Virus genome (UHGV): UHGV-0313764
Strand: one strand, 5' to 3'
Source of the DNA: a virus
Length of the DNA stretch: 46,129 nt
This document shows, piece after piece, positions 1 through 8,307 of the stretch. Under the pieces are notes generated by a model. That model saw nothing but the letters and a program-made list of their open reading frames with translations. It made no database searches and had not been told where the DNA came from. The translations under genes and the position numbers were made by a program. The first letter of the stretch is position 1. Each line of letters opens with the position of its first letter.

Positions 1-130
1 CAGTGCGATAGCTCTTGCCGCGCGGAGGTGGTTGATTTGTAGAGGAAAATTTGTGTTTTGGATTTGGATTTGCCATGTCTATTGTGTTCTTTGAGTAACT
101 CACATACGTTAATTTTAACACATAGACGTA

Positions 131-159
131 GATAAAAAAGAACCCGCACAAGGCGGGTT
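131..159 (-). terminator. Rho-independent terminator ending the minus-strand early-gene block
   Basis: Hairpin ACCCGC-acaa-GCGGGT at 142-158. On the minus strand it is followed by the U-tract formed by the reverse complement of gataaaaaag (131-140). Confidence 0.5.
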
Positions 160-645
160 AAAGGTTGGGTGATGATATGAGTGAAAGAAATAGTGGTTAT
201 GCACTTATTGTACACCATGATTATCACGCTTGCCAGCATAGCACCATGCATTTTCTGTTCGCGTCTGCACATGAACTATTTCAAGCGCATCAGGGAATGT
301 CTTTGCGACCTTCGCGATAAAATCGTCAAGCTCGTGCTGCTTTGCGAGTTGCCAGACTTTCTGTTTAGTGGTTTGCATTTTCGAAAGCCCTCGTTGAGCA
401 CATATACTTAATGTCATGCACGCCAGTATCAGGCACAACCTCAATTCGATTGCCGAGCTGCACCATCATGTAGTGACACGTCATCATACCGTCCCAGTAG
501 CGTTTCCACATAAATTCCATTGCGGCGTTGATGTCATCAAACATAATGCACAACTCCTGCAATAGCTGCTACCAGCGCCAGAGCATAAACAGCAAGTAAG
601 ATTTTAGCGCCAGTGGTGTAGCTGCGTCGTTGGTGTCTGGTCATG

Positions 646-897
646 TTACCCATTGTTAACCTCTCTTAACTCAGCCGTAAGAGCCATAATCATCCCATCT
701 TCTCTTTCCCATAAAATCTCACCACCCTCAGACATCACAAGCTGCCATACAATCTGTGAAGCCTCTTCCGTCACATCTCTTGGAGGTTTATTACCAACAC
801 GAATTCGCATTCCTGACTCATGTTCTTTCATCATAGCAAGAACAATTTTTTTACTTAACTGAGAGAATCCAAGCTGTAATTTTGGCGTGCTGCTCAT
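646..897 (-). CDS. hypothetical protein (83 aa)
   Basis: ORF from the six-frame track in a compact minus-strand array of small ORFs. No family recognised. Confidence 0.35.
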   Translation of the reverse strand: MSSTPKLQLGFSQLSKKIVLAMMKEHESGMRIRVGNKPPRDVTEEASQIVWQLVMSEGGEILWEREDGMIMALTAELREVNNG

Positions 898-960
898 TTG
901 TAAATCTCCACTAAAGCGCGCGCCACATAGAGCGCACCGATAATTAATATGAACGGGTAG

Positions 961-1326
961 CTATTCACTTTTAGCCAGGCTTTCGAATTGCTGGCTGGTG
1001 GTCTCGAAAGCAATATTTGCGTTAGCCACACCATCATCCTTCAGATAACGGCCTGCTACAATGCTATTTATGATACTGTCAGTGCATGGTGTAGAGAGCT
1101 GCGCTTCTCCAGCCATTTTCATGATATCGACATCAGAATACCTGATGCCAAGGTGTATAAGACCGGATATCCCGGACTTGAGTCGAATATTCTCACCAAT
1201 CAGTTTTTCTAATTTTGATTCCAGGGCCGCGTAATCTTCGTAGTCAACATAATCACCGCATGGCGATTCGTAAGACTCAACGCCACCAAGTGAAACTCTC
1301 ATGTCATAACGCTTAACTTCACTCAT
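961..1326 (-). CDS. hypothetical protein (121 aa)
   Basis: Long ORF whose start overlaps the stop of the upstream ORF (1323..1559), suggesting an operon. No family recognised. Confidence 0.45.
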   Translation of the reverse strand: MSEVKRYDMRVSLGGVESYESPCGDYVDYEDYAALESKLEKLIGENIRLKSGISGLIHLGIRYSDVDIMKMAGEAQLSTPCTDSIINSIVAGRYLKDDGVANANIAFETTSQQFESLAKSE

Positions 1327-1559
1327 ACCCTAACCCCCACAATTTCTTCGTAATAACCATCTTCTTCAAACTCAATCTTTGCGATTGTGAGCGCATCCTC
1401 ATCGGTGATGTCAACCGCTTTGAATTTGCACTTTGCTGTCACAGTGTAAAGCGCCAATAAAATAGGTTTGTTCCACCAGTGAGCGCGCTTTATGTTTTTG
1501 CGCACTTTGCAAAATATACTTGTGCAAAACCAGAACTCGTATGTTTTTACTTTCGCCAT
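1323..1559 (-). CDS. hypothetical protein (78 aa)
   Basis: ORF in the minus-strand operon downstream of the promoter at about 2136-2164. Confidence 0.4.
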   Translation of the reverse strand: MAKVKTYEFWFCTSIFCKVRKNIKRAHWWNKPILLALYTVTAKCKFKAVDITDEDALTIAKIEFEEDGYYEEIVGVRV

Positions 1560-1595
1560 ATCATCACCATTAAAAATAAGAGCGCTGAATCGAGG

Positions 1596-1778
1596 TCAAA
1601 ATACGATAATCAGCTCATCCATCACTCTTCGCTTGCCTTCACCGTTAAACACGCGCACAACGCGATTTACGCGGATAGATTCCATTGCATTGCGTGCCTG
1701 CTTGCTCATAAAGTTCTGCGCGCCAACATGACCGAGTTCCGGTTCCAGTTTCTCGCGACGATAGATAGTCTTTGCCAT
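1596..1778 (-). CDS. hypothetical protein (60 aa)
   Basis: ORF in the same minus-strand operon. Confidence 0.3.
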   Translation of the reverse strand: MAKTIYRREKLEPELGHVGAQNFMSKQARNAMESIRVNRVVRVFNGEGKRRVMDELIIVF

Positions 1779-2135
1779 TTGTTACACCTCGTAAGAGTTA
1801 ATGATTACCTTAATGCGACGGCGACACCACTGCATGATGTGCTCGTTATGCCAGTTGGTCATTTTGTTACCCCTTATATCCTGATTTAGAAACTGCAACT
1901 GCGATAATGATGAATTCCACGATAACCAGACTGGCGATAAGTTCGAATGATGCGCCTGTCATTTTCTGAGTCCATACGCTGAGATTAAAGCCTGCATTGC
2001 TGCGTTCCAGAATGCTTCGGCAGGAATTCTGTTGTTTGTGCGCTCAACTGCAATGCGTGCCATAGACTGCGCATCTTCAAATTCTTCACGGTCTTTGATT
2101 TTCATCTCTTCACCCTCGTTTGTTCCGATGAGTTC

Positions 2136-2164
2136 AATCTACATCAGTTGTGATTCTACGTCAA
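2136..2164 (-). promoter_or_regulatory. sigma70-like promoter of the TTGACGTAGA/TGTAGATT family
   Basis: Read on the minus strand: TTGACG - 17 nt - TAGATT. Reverse complement of CGTCAA at 2159-2164 and AATCTA at 2136-2141. It drives the minus-strand small-gene block. Confidence 0.5.
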
Positions 2165-2379
2165 CACGCAGAGAAAGAAAAAGTACGACTGAAAGTTAGT
2201 GAACGTTAGCTTACATACATAGTTACATACATTACTAATAGTAACCTTTGTTTATTACCTCTATAAAGTATATTAAGATCTTCTTTATATTTATTATAGA
2301 TATTAATACCTTACGCTACAGAAACACGAAAACCAGCAATTAAGCTGGTTTATTTGTTAATGAATTTGGTTAGTTTTGA

Positions 2380-2650
2380 ATCCCAAGTTATCGGGAAGCG
2401 AAATTCCTTTTGTTTTCAGTATTTTCCGTTCGCTTCCCAGCTTCCCGAAAATACCCCCCCTTTTTTTTATGATTAGCTTTTGTTTATCCATTTTTTTGAC
2501 TTGGGAAGCGAACACATAAACTATTGATTTTGCTTAATATTGGCTTCCCGAGAATTTTTCTCATTTACCTATATACTATTGAAAGATAAAGGAAAAATTA
2601 AGCTCTGAAATATTAATACGCTTTTTCTGGAAGCGTGTCAACTCAGGAAG
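2380..2650. repeat. iteron cluster (GGGAAGCGAA core in both orientations) within an AT-rich intergenic region; putative replication origin
   Basis: Copies of the core are at 2391-2400 (GGGAAGCGAA), 2431-2440 (inverted TTCGCTTCCC), 2443-2449 (CTTCCCG), 2504-2513 (GGGAAGCGAA), 2543-2550 (inverted) and GGAAGC at 2629 and 2645. A C7T9 tract lies at 2453-2469. The flanks are very AT-rich. Confidence 0.45.
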
Positions 2651-2757
2651 CAAAGTATGTAGGTTGCTATTAAGTGTTTCTTCGTGCACTTGCTGAATTA
2701 TAGAAAAGTTGATATATTAAATTGAGTTTACTGTTGATTGATTCTCTGGAGGTTGTC

Positions 2758-2973
2758 ATGTACAGGTTTGGTAGCGCAATGGCTGAGGTGTATGAGTTTG
2801 TTGGCGGGATGTCGATTGGAGAGGTGCGATTTTTTGTGGTAGATGATTTCCGTGCCAATAACAGTATTGAAAAATTCAGGGCGAGCCTGTGTTGTGTTGC
2901 GAAAGATAATTCGTGGCTTTTTGTAACCAGAAAGATGGAAGAAGGCGAAGTGTCTGTTCGGAGAATTAAATGA
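2758..2973 (+). CDS. hypothetical small protein (72 aa)
   Basis: An internal ATG at 2758 is preceded by GGAGG. The stop overlaps the primase ATG (ATGATGA). Confidence 0.35.
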   Translation: MYRFGSAMAEVYEFVGGMSIGEVRFFVVDDFRANNSIEKFRASLCCVAKDNSWLFVTRKMEEGEVSVRRIK

Positions 2974-5303
2974 TGATTGGTTATGAAGATTACCGCAAAT
3001 GTGGCTTCCCTATTATTGGAATCCATGCAATGGATATCGACCGCAATTGCACATGCGGTGATCCAGATTGCAATGCTGCTGGTAAGCATCCGGTTATGAG
3101 TAACTGGCAGCTTGGAGTTATATGGGCTGATGACCAGATTGAGAATATGGCTGAATATGGTCAATTGCAGTCATTCGGTGTCCTTGTGAATGGTTATCTG
3201 GTAGTTGATATTGACCCACGCAACGGAGGTAATGATGGATATGAATCGCTTTGTGATGCCTTAGACGTAGAGCTTGCTGACGAAGCAGGTTTTACGGTCA
3301 AGACTGGTGGCGGTGGTCGCCACATCTATTACAAACTTCCTGAAGGAATAAAGCTGCGCTCTCATGACAGAAGGTTTAAGGGTATTGACTTTAAATCCTC
3401 TGGTTTTGTTGTTGGCTGCGGCTCATTCCATAAGTCAGGTAACTTTTATGAAGCTGAGCATGGCTCCCCTTCAGAGATAACTGAATGTCCATCTGAACTT
3501 ATTGATCTTTTGTTGCGCCCTGAGAGAACGGAAGACGAGGTTTTCACGCTTGATAGTAAAAATTACAGCATTGCCGAAATGGAGGATATGCTCAAATACA
3601 TCAAAGATGGTGATGAGTATGACCCATGGCTTCATGTGGGTATGGCTATCCACGAAGCTACAGAAGGCAATGGTTTTGAGCTTTGGGATAGATGGTCATC
3701 GCAGTTCAGCAAGTACAGAGCTGAAGAGATGGATGCAAAATGGCATTCCTTTGGAAAGGACGGTGTTAGTGAAAAGATAACTGAAGCAACGCTGGTTTAT
3801 CTTGCGCAAGAGGGAGGGTGGGTAAGGCAAGTAACTTTTGAGGCTACTCCAGAGGAAATTGAGAAACTTGAGTTTTTCGAGCGAGAGATGGCAATGGGTG
3901 TTGGTGAATGCCCTGTAGAGTACAAAAGTGTTGATGTCCGTTATCCGCCTGGATTTGTTGGTCGCCTTACGTCGTGGATTAATAAGAACTGTGCAGAGAA
4001 GCGAGAGAACATTGCAGCACTTGCCGCATTGCATGCCGCATCCATGATTTGCGGAGCGTCATCTGATATTTACCTTACAAACAGGAAGGCTTTACCAAAC
4101 CTTTTTGCTGTTGGTATCGCTGGTTCAGGTTCAGGTAAGGGTGATGTCCTTGCTGCGCTACAAAAGATAATTGATTGCTCAGGATTGAGTAAGACTGTCG
4201 CCGGTAAGATACGCTCAGAGCGTGCGATATATGAAGGTCTTTGCGCTAACCAAATGTTTAATATCATCATGGATGAGATTGGGATAAAACTTGGTAGTGT
4301 TGTTGGTCAGAAAGTAAGCGAGTACAACATGGCAACCGCTGGTGCGATTATGGAGGCTTACACGTCAGAAGTTCTTTATTGTGACCAGCGGGTTACTGAG
4401 GATTTCATTAAGTCTTTCGAAAAGAGAAAGGCTATGCTGTTGATGGCTATTGAGGAAAATGAGATACAGGCAGACCCCGTTGACATTAAGTGTCAGTTTG
4501 ATGATGTGATAAACAGAATTGACGGAGCTATAAGGAATCCATTTTTTTCAATCTTTGGTGTGTCTACTGATGATCAGTTTAAGCGCCTTATTACTGAAGA
4601 AAACATTAAGTCAGGTCTTATGGGTCGCGCAATGATTATGCAGGAGTTACAGGAGATTGCTGACGAAAACGAAAACGTTAACTACTGTGATCTACCTATG
4701 GATATGCAACTGACCATAAAAACAATAATAAATGGTGGAACGGCTGGGCACAAAAACTGGACAGACTCAATAATCAGTCAAAAAGAAAGACGGATTATAA
4801 AAGCTACGCCTGAAGTTTCTCAGCTCGCTAAGGAGTTCTTCTCATGGATTAAAACCGTTGCAAGAAAGCATGTAGAAAATGGTACTGGTTATCACCCATT
4901 GATAAACAGATGCGCCGTGAAGGTGGCAAAGATTGCTGGCATTCTCGCGTGCGATACTGGCGTCATAACCATGGAGCACTTGAGGTATGCGGTAGCATTA
5001 ACAATTAAATCAACAAGCGATCTGATGATGCGTGCTGACAGTATCGCCGGAGCGAAGTCTAAAGCTATGGAAGAACGAATTGAAGGTATTTTCTCCATGG
5101 TTAAAGAATATGTGAAGCGTGGAATGACCAAAACAGCAATGGTTAGAGGGGTAGCAAAAGAAGGTGGGTATAAACGTGCTGATGTCGAGAGGTGCGTAGA
5201 GAAGTTGTTATCAGATGGTATTATTTGCATTGATGAAAATGCAAAAAGAACATCTCACAACGTAATAATTTACAAATTAACAAATGATGAGGTTGAGATA
5301 TGA
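2970..5303 (+). CDS. DNA primase-polymerase (archaeo-eukaryotic primase-like N-domain plus PriCT-like domain plus C-terminal NTPase-like region)
   Basis: 777 aa. The N-terminal region (LVVDIDPRNGG, hhDhD acidic motif) matches the PrimPol family. A PriCT-like region is present (YDPWLHVGMAIH...WDRWS). A glycine-rich loop GIAGSGSGKGD follows, a degenerate Walker A. It sits directly downstream of the iteron region. Confidence 0.7.
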   Translation: MMIGYEDYRKCGFPIIGIHAMDIDRNCTCGDPDCNAAGKHPVMSNWQLGVIWADDQIENMAEYGQLQSFGVLVNGYLVVDIDPRNGGNDGYESLCDALDVELADEAGFTVKTGGGGRHIYYKLPEGIKLRSHDRRFKGIDFKSSGFVVGCGSFHKSGNFYEAEHGSPSEITECPSELIDLLLRPERTEDEVFTLDSKNYSIAEMEDMLKYIKDGDEYDPWLHVGMAIHEATEGNGFELWDRWSSQFSKYRAEEMDAKWHSFGKDGVSEKITEATLVYLAQEGGWVRQVTFEATPEEIEKLEFFEREMAMGVGECPVEYKSVDVRYPPGFVGRLTSWINKNCAEKRENIAALAALHAASMICGASSDIYLTNRKALPNLFAVGIAGSGSGKGDVLAALQKIIDCSGLSKTVAGKIRSERAIYEGLCANQMFNIIMDEIGIKLGSVVGQKVSEYNMATAGAIMEAYTSEVLYCDQRVTEDFIKSFEKRKAMLLMAIEENEIQADPVDIKCQFDDVINRIDGAIRNPFFSIFGVSTDDQFKRLITEENIKSGLMGRAMIMQELQEIADENENVNYCDLPMDMQLTIKTIINGGTAGHKNWTDSIISQKERRIIKATPEVSQLAKEFFSWIKTVARKHVENGTGYHPLINRCAVKVAKIAGILACDTGVITMEHLRYAVALTIKSTSDLMMRADSIAGAKSKAMEERIEGIFSMVKEYVKRGMTKTAMVRGVAKEGGYKRADVERCVEKLLSDGIICIDENAKRTSHNVIIYKLTNDEVEI

Positions 5304-5722
5304 TCAATTACAAGTATCTGGTGATGAGAGGTTTGTATGACTATTTTGAGTCAGAAAATCCTGAGCGCGCACATGATAACGCAATATCCATGATGACAGG
5401 GAAACACCTGATGGAAGTTTACTACTGGAAAATGCCCGTATTCCGCTGCAATATGGGTATCTGCATTGATGATGACGTACTGTTTTGTCGAATACAATAT
5501 GAAAACAATGTAGGTATAGTGACAGCATCGTACAGGGATGTTGCAAGAAAATCCGGGAACTGGCATCCAAGCGAAGTTTTTGCGGGTGACGCACTATTTA
5601 ATTTCTGTAAGGCGTTTGGTGTTTTGTATGAGGATGTAAGCAAAGAGTATAGCGGAAGGCGTGAGAAAGATAGCTTGAGTTCCAAGGGCGTGACTAACTA
5701 CAAGGATAAAAATCATGGCTAA
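5300..5722 (+). CDS. hypothetical protein (140 aa)
   Basis: ORF overlapping the primase stop (ATGA). No family recognised. Confidence 0.4.
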   Translation: MINYKYLVMRGLYDYFESENPERAHDNAISMMTGKHLMEVYYWKMPVFRCNMGICIDDDVLFCRIQYENNVGIVTASYRDVARKSGNWHPSEVFAGDALFNFCKAFGVLYEDVSKEYSGRREKDSLSSKGVTNYKDKNHG

Positions 5723-6020
5723 CCTACATCTTGCCGTCAAAGGCGTATACTTCGATGCCATGCTCCGTGGAGAGAAAACTGAAGAGTATCGCCTTTTTAA
5801 TGATTCCTGGAAGAAACGCCTTGTTAACTTTAAAGATAGCGGACAGATTGGAAGGAAGTACGAACGGTTAATTATCACAAAAGGATATCCAAAGAAGGAC
5901 GATAAATCCAGGCGGATTGAAATCCCATACGAGGGATGGACGGTTAAAACCATCACACACCCTCACTTCGGCCCTAACCCAGTGGAAGTGTTCGCAATAA
6001 AAGTTAACATCAAAGCATAA
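5715..6020 (+). CDS. hypothetical protein (101 aa), possibly a PUA/ASCH-like beta-barrel domain
   Basis: ORF with start overlapping the previous stop. Weak resemblance to ASCH/DUF3850-type small proteins (N-terminal hLhhK..YF.AhhpGpKp.EhR). Confidence 0.35.
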   Translation: MANLHLAVKGVYFDAMLRGEKTEEYRLFNDSWKKRLVNFKDSGQIGRKYERLIITKGYPKKDDKSRRIEIPYEGWTVKTITHPHFGPNPVEVFAIKVNIKA

Positions 6021-6052
6021 CAAAAAGCCCGCAAACGCGGGCTTTATTATTT
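6021..6052. terminator. bidirectional Rho-independent terminator
   Basis: Hairpin AAGCCCGC-aaac-GCGGGCTT flanked by an A-run upstream and TTATTATTT downstream. It lies between the convergent plus-strand gene (stop 6020) and the minus-strand regulator (stop 6047). Confidence 0.6.
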
Positions 6053-6289
6053 AACAATCCATTTTGTAACAGCTGGCCTCAAATCTTCCTTTCTGAAAAC
6101 TCCACCAGTAAGCGCCTCGGCATCAATTGCTGCTGTAGCGCTAATTCTTCCTCTTGACACCCACTGATTGACAGCCTGTTTTGACACACCAAGAAACCTT
6201 GCCAGTTGTGATTGCCCTCCAACATAATCAATCAGCTCTGACAGCTTCGTCTGTTCCATTTCTCTTATCTGTTCTGCGATGCTTTTCAT
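6047..6289 (-). CDS. Cro/CI (XRE-family) helix-turn-helix transcriptional regulator
   Basis: HTH motif GGQSQLARFLGVSKQAVNQWV. The internal start MKSIAEQ has an AGAGG RBS. It is divergent from the Sak4-like operon. Confidence 0.6.
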   Translation of the reverse strand: MKSIAEQIREMEQTKLSELIDYVGGQSQLARFLGVSKQAVNQWVSRGRISATAAIDAEALTGGVFRKEDLRPAVTKWIVK

Positions 6290-6423
6290 GTGTTTACCTC
6301 TGCTATCTGTATGCAGCAATAATGAACTCAAAAAAAATTTTCGTCAAGGTATTGCGTTTACCAACACGTTGACGTATCTTTAAGTCACACCAGCGATATG
6401 CTGAGTTAAATCGAGGGGACACT

Positions 6424-7266
6424 ATGAGCTTATCAATGATTCAAAAACCAAAACCAGCAGCGCCAATCATAACATTGGTTGGTACTCCAGGTGTAGGCAA
6501 GACAACTCTTGCGGCGCTATTCCCAAACCCAGTGTTTATTCAGGCTGAAGAGATCACTGGTGTTTTTGATGACTGGGATGATGAAAAGAAACCAGATTCA
6601 TTTCCTGTACTGAAGCGAGCTGATGCTAAACGCAAAACAAGCACAAAGGATGATTTGCTGTCACAGCTACGCGCATTAATTACTGAGGAACATAATTACA
6701 AAACGCTTGTAATTGACTCAATCACAAGCCTGCATTCAATGTTTGAGCATGAGGTTTGTGAAAATTACGGTGTTGACAACGTAGGTTCTGCGGCTGGTGG
6801 TTACAACAAAGGATATATTGTTGTTTCTGAAATGCACGCTGAAATAATAAATGCATGTAAGTATCTTCGCAAAGAAAAAGGGATGAGCATTATTTATCTT
6901 GCACACGCAGGTGTTAAAAAGATGAAAAATCGCCCTGATGCTGATGAATACACTGTTTACACACTTGACATGCATGATGCTTCTGTTTCTGGCTATGTGA
7001 ATCTTAGCGATGCTGTTATTTACATCAGGAATGAGGAGTTCGTGAAAGGAACTGAGACTGATAAGAAAGGGCAGGTGACCAAGTTTGGAAAGGTTGTTCA
7101 GACTGGTCAGCGAGTTCTTATTACATCTGGCGATGGTAGAGTTGGATATGTTAATGCAAAAAACAGATACAACCTTGAGCCTGAAATTCCTTTTGAAAAA
7201 GGTGAGAACCCACTTTTGAGTGAGATTAAATATTATGCATCTCTACGAGATAACCAAACAGCTTAA
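6424..7266 (+). CDS. Sak4-like RecA-fold ATPase (AAA_24-type recombination/annealing-associated ATPase)
   Basis: Walker A LVGTPGVGKTT near the N-terminus. Size and context (next to Gp157-like and SSB-like genes) fit phage Sak4 modules. Confidence 0.65.
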   Translation: MSLSMIQKPKPAAPIITLVGTPGVGKTTLAALFPNPVFIQAEEITGVFDDWDDEKKPDSFPVLKRADAKRKTSTKDDLLSQLRALITEEHNYKTLVIDSITSLHSMFEHEVCENYGVDNVGSAAGGYNKGYIVVSEMHAEIINACKYLRKEKGMSIIYLAHAGVKKMKNRPDADEYTVYTLDMHDASVSGYVNLSDAVIYIRNEEFVKGTETDKKGQVTKFGKVVQTGQRVLITSGDGRVGYVNAKNRYNLEPEIPFEKGENPLLSEIKYYASLRDNQTA

Positions 7267-7714
7267 TGAACTGATGGCGATGGAGGATATTCCACGGGAG
7301 CAGATTGAAGATACCATCAATCTTATTGAAGAGGAGTTTGAAGGAAAAGCTGAAATGGTCGCTGCTTACATTCGTGAGCTTGAAGCTGATGAAGCTGGAC
7401 TTAAATCCGAGATTGACCGCCTTTCTGAGCGTAAGCGTGTTTTAGTTGCGAAGATTGATAACCTTAAAGATTATCTTTGTCAGAACATGATGGCGTCAGG
7501 AAAGACAAATATCAAAGGTAAGTTGTTCAGTATCACTCTTGGCAAACCGTCACCAGTTCTTGATGTGTTTGTCCCTGTTGAACAGCTTCCTGAGCAGTAC
7601 CGCGTTGTGAAAGTGTCGGCAGATAAAGCAGCAATTAAAAATGCGATAAAAGCCGGGATTGAAATTAATGGTTGCGCCATCACCGACGGCAAACCGAAAC
7701 TGATCATCAAATAA
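7235..7714 (+). CDS. Gp157-like protein (siphovirus Gp157 family), coiled-coil N-terminus
   Basis: ATG at 7235 overlaps the Sak4 3' end. Acidic coiled-coil N-terminus and neighbourhood are typical of Sfi21-type Sak4/Gp157/SSB modules. The family call is an inference. Confidence 0.45.
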   Translation: MHLYEITKQLNELMAMEDIPREQIEDTINLIEEEFEGKAEMVAAYIRELEADEAGLKSEIDRLSERKRVLVAKIDNLKDYLCQNMMASGKTNIKGKLFSITLGKPSPVLDVFVPVEQLPEQYRVVKVSADKAAIKNAIKAGIEINGCAITDGKPKLIIK

Positions 7715-7731
7715 ATCGAGAGGACACAAAA

Positions 7732-8253
7732 ATGGGTTTCTGGAATCTTTCTGACGGTAAAGCTGTTGAATCTAAATCTGAATTTGAACTGGGTGGTGGT
7801 TTCGAAGTAATTCCTGATGGCAGTCGTGTTCTTGCTGCCGTTGAAGAATGTAAAGACGACCAGTGGGAAGGTGAGCGATTCTTTAATCTTAAGTGGCGAA
7901 TCCTTGAGGGTGAGTATAAAAATCGCATCATCTTCCAGAAGCTGAAAGTATTTAGCTCAAAAGAAAAGCAGCGCGACAATGCTATCACTATGCTTGCAGC
8001 AATTGACGCAAACGCAGGTGGCAAGCTGATGGCTTCAGGTAAGGAGCCGACTGATTTTGCTATCGCCAGTGCGCTTGCAAATCGCCCAATGATTCTTCTT
8101 TTGCGAGTTTGGGAGTCTGAGGATAAGCAAAAAACTGGTAACTATGTGGCTGGCGTTTTCAGTCGTCAACAGACAAAAGCAGCGCCTGCTCCTAAGCAAT
8201 CTGCACCGTCTAACGAACCTCCGATGGATTTTTCTGAAGATGTGCCGTTCTGA
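7732..8253 (+). CDS. putative ssDNA-binding protein whose C-terminal tip mimics E. coli SSB
   Basis: ATG at 7732 is preceded by the conserved AAATCGAGAGGACAC motif. The C-terminus ...QSAPSNEPPMDFSEDVPF closely matches the E. coli SSB tail ...SAPAAPSNEPPMDFDDDIPF. The N-terminal domain is not E. coli SSB-like. Confidence 0.55.
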   Translation: MGFWNLSDGKAVESKSEFELGGGFEVIPDGSRVLAAVEECKDDQWEGERFFNLKWRILEGEYKNRIIFQKLKVFSSKEKQRDNAITMLAAIDANAGGKLMASGKEPTDFAIASALANRPMILLLRVWESEDKQKTGNYVAGVFSRQQTKAAPAPKQSAPSNEPPMDFSEDVPF

Positions 8254-8267
8254 TTAAGATTGGAATG

Positions 8268-8295
8268 ACAGGGCCATTCGTGGCCCTTTTTTATT
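8268..8295 (+). terminator. Rho-independent terminator or attenuator upstream of the helicase gene
   Basis: Hairpin GGGCCA-ttcg-TGGCCC followed by TTTTTTATT. It lies 13 nt before the helicase ATG, so partial read-through is required. Confidence 0.55.
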
Positions 8296-8307
8296 CGAGA
8301 GGACACT

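Noticed and set aside
1-120. GGATTT direct repeats at the window start as a pac/cos site
   Set aside because: Only 2-3 short imperfect repeats. The TerS gene is at the opposite end of the window, and the window is clearly part of a longer sequence, so packaging-site assignment is unsupported.
2380-2650. Repeated GGGAAGCGAA units, a possible CRISPR array
   Set aside because: The copies are in both orientations, irregularly spaced and only 7-10 bp long. No uniform repeat-spacer architecture and no cas genes. Better explained as origin iterons.
2670-3164. 164-aa minus-strand ORF overlapping the primase start
   Set aside because: Overlaps the promoter and 5' region of the primase operon in antisense. 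Low-complexity composition. Unlikely to be real.
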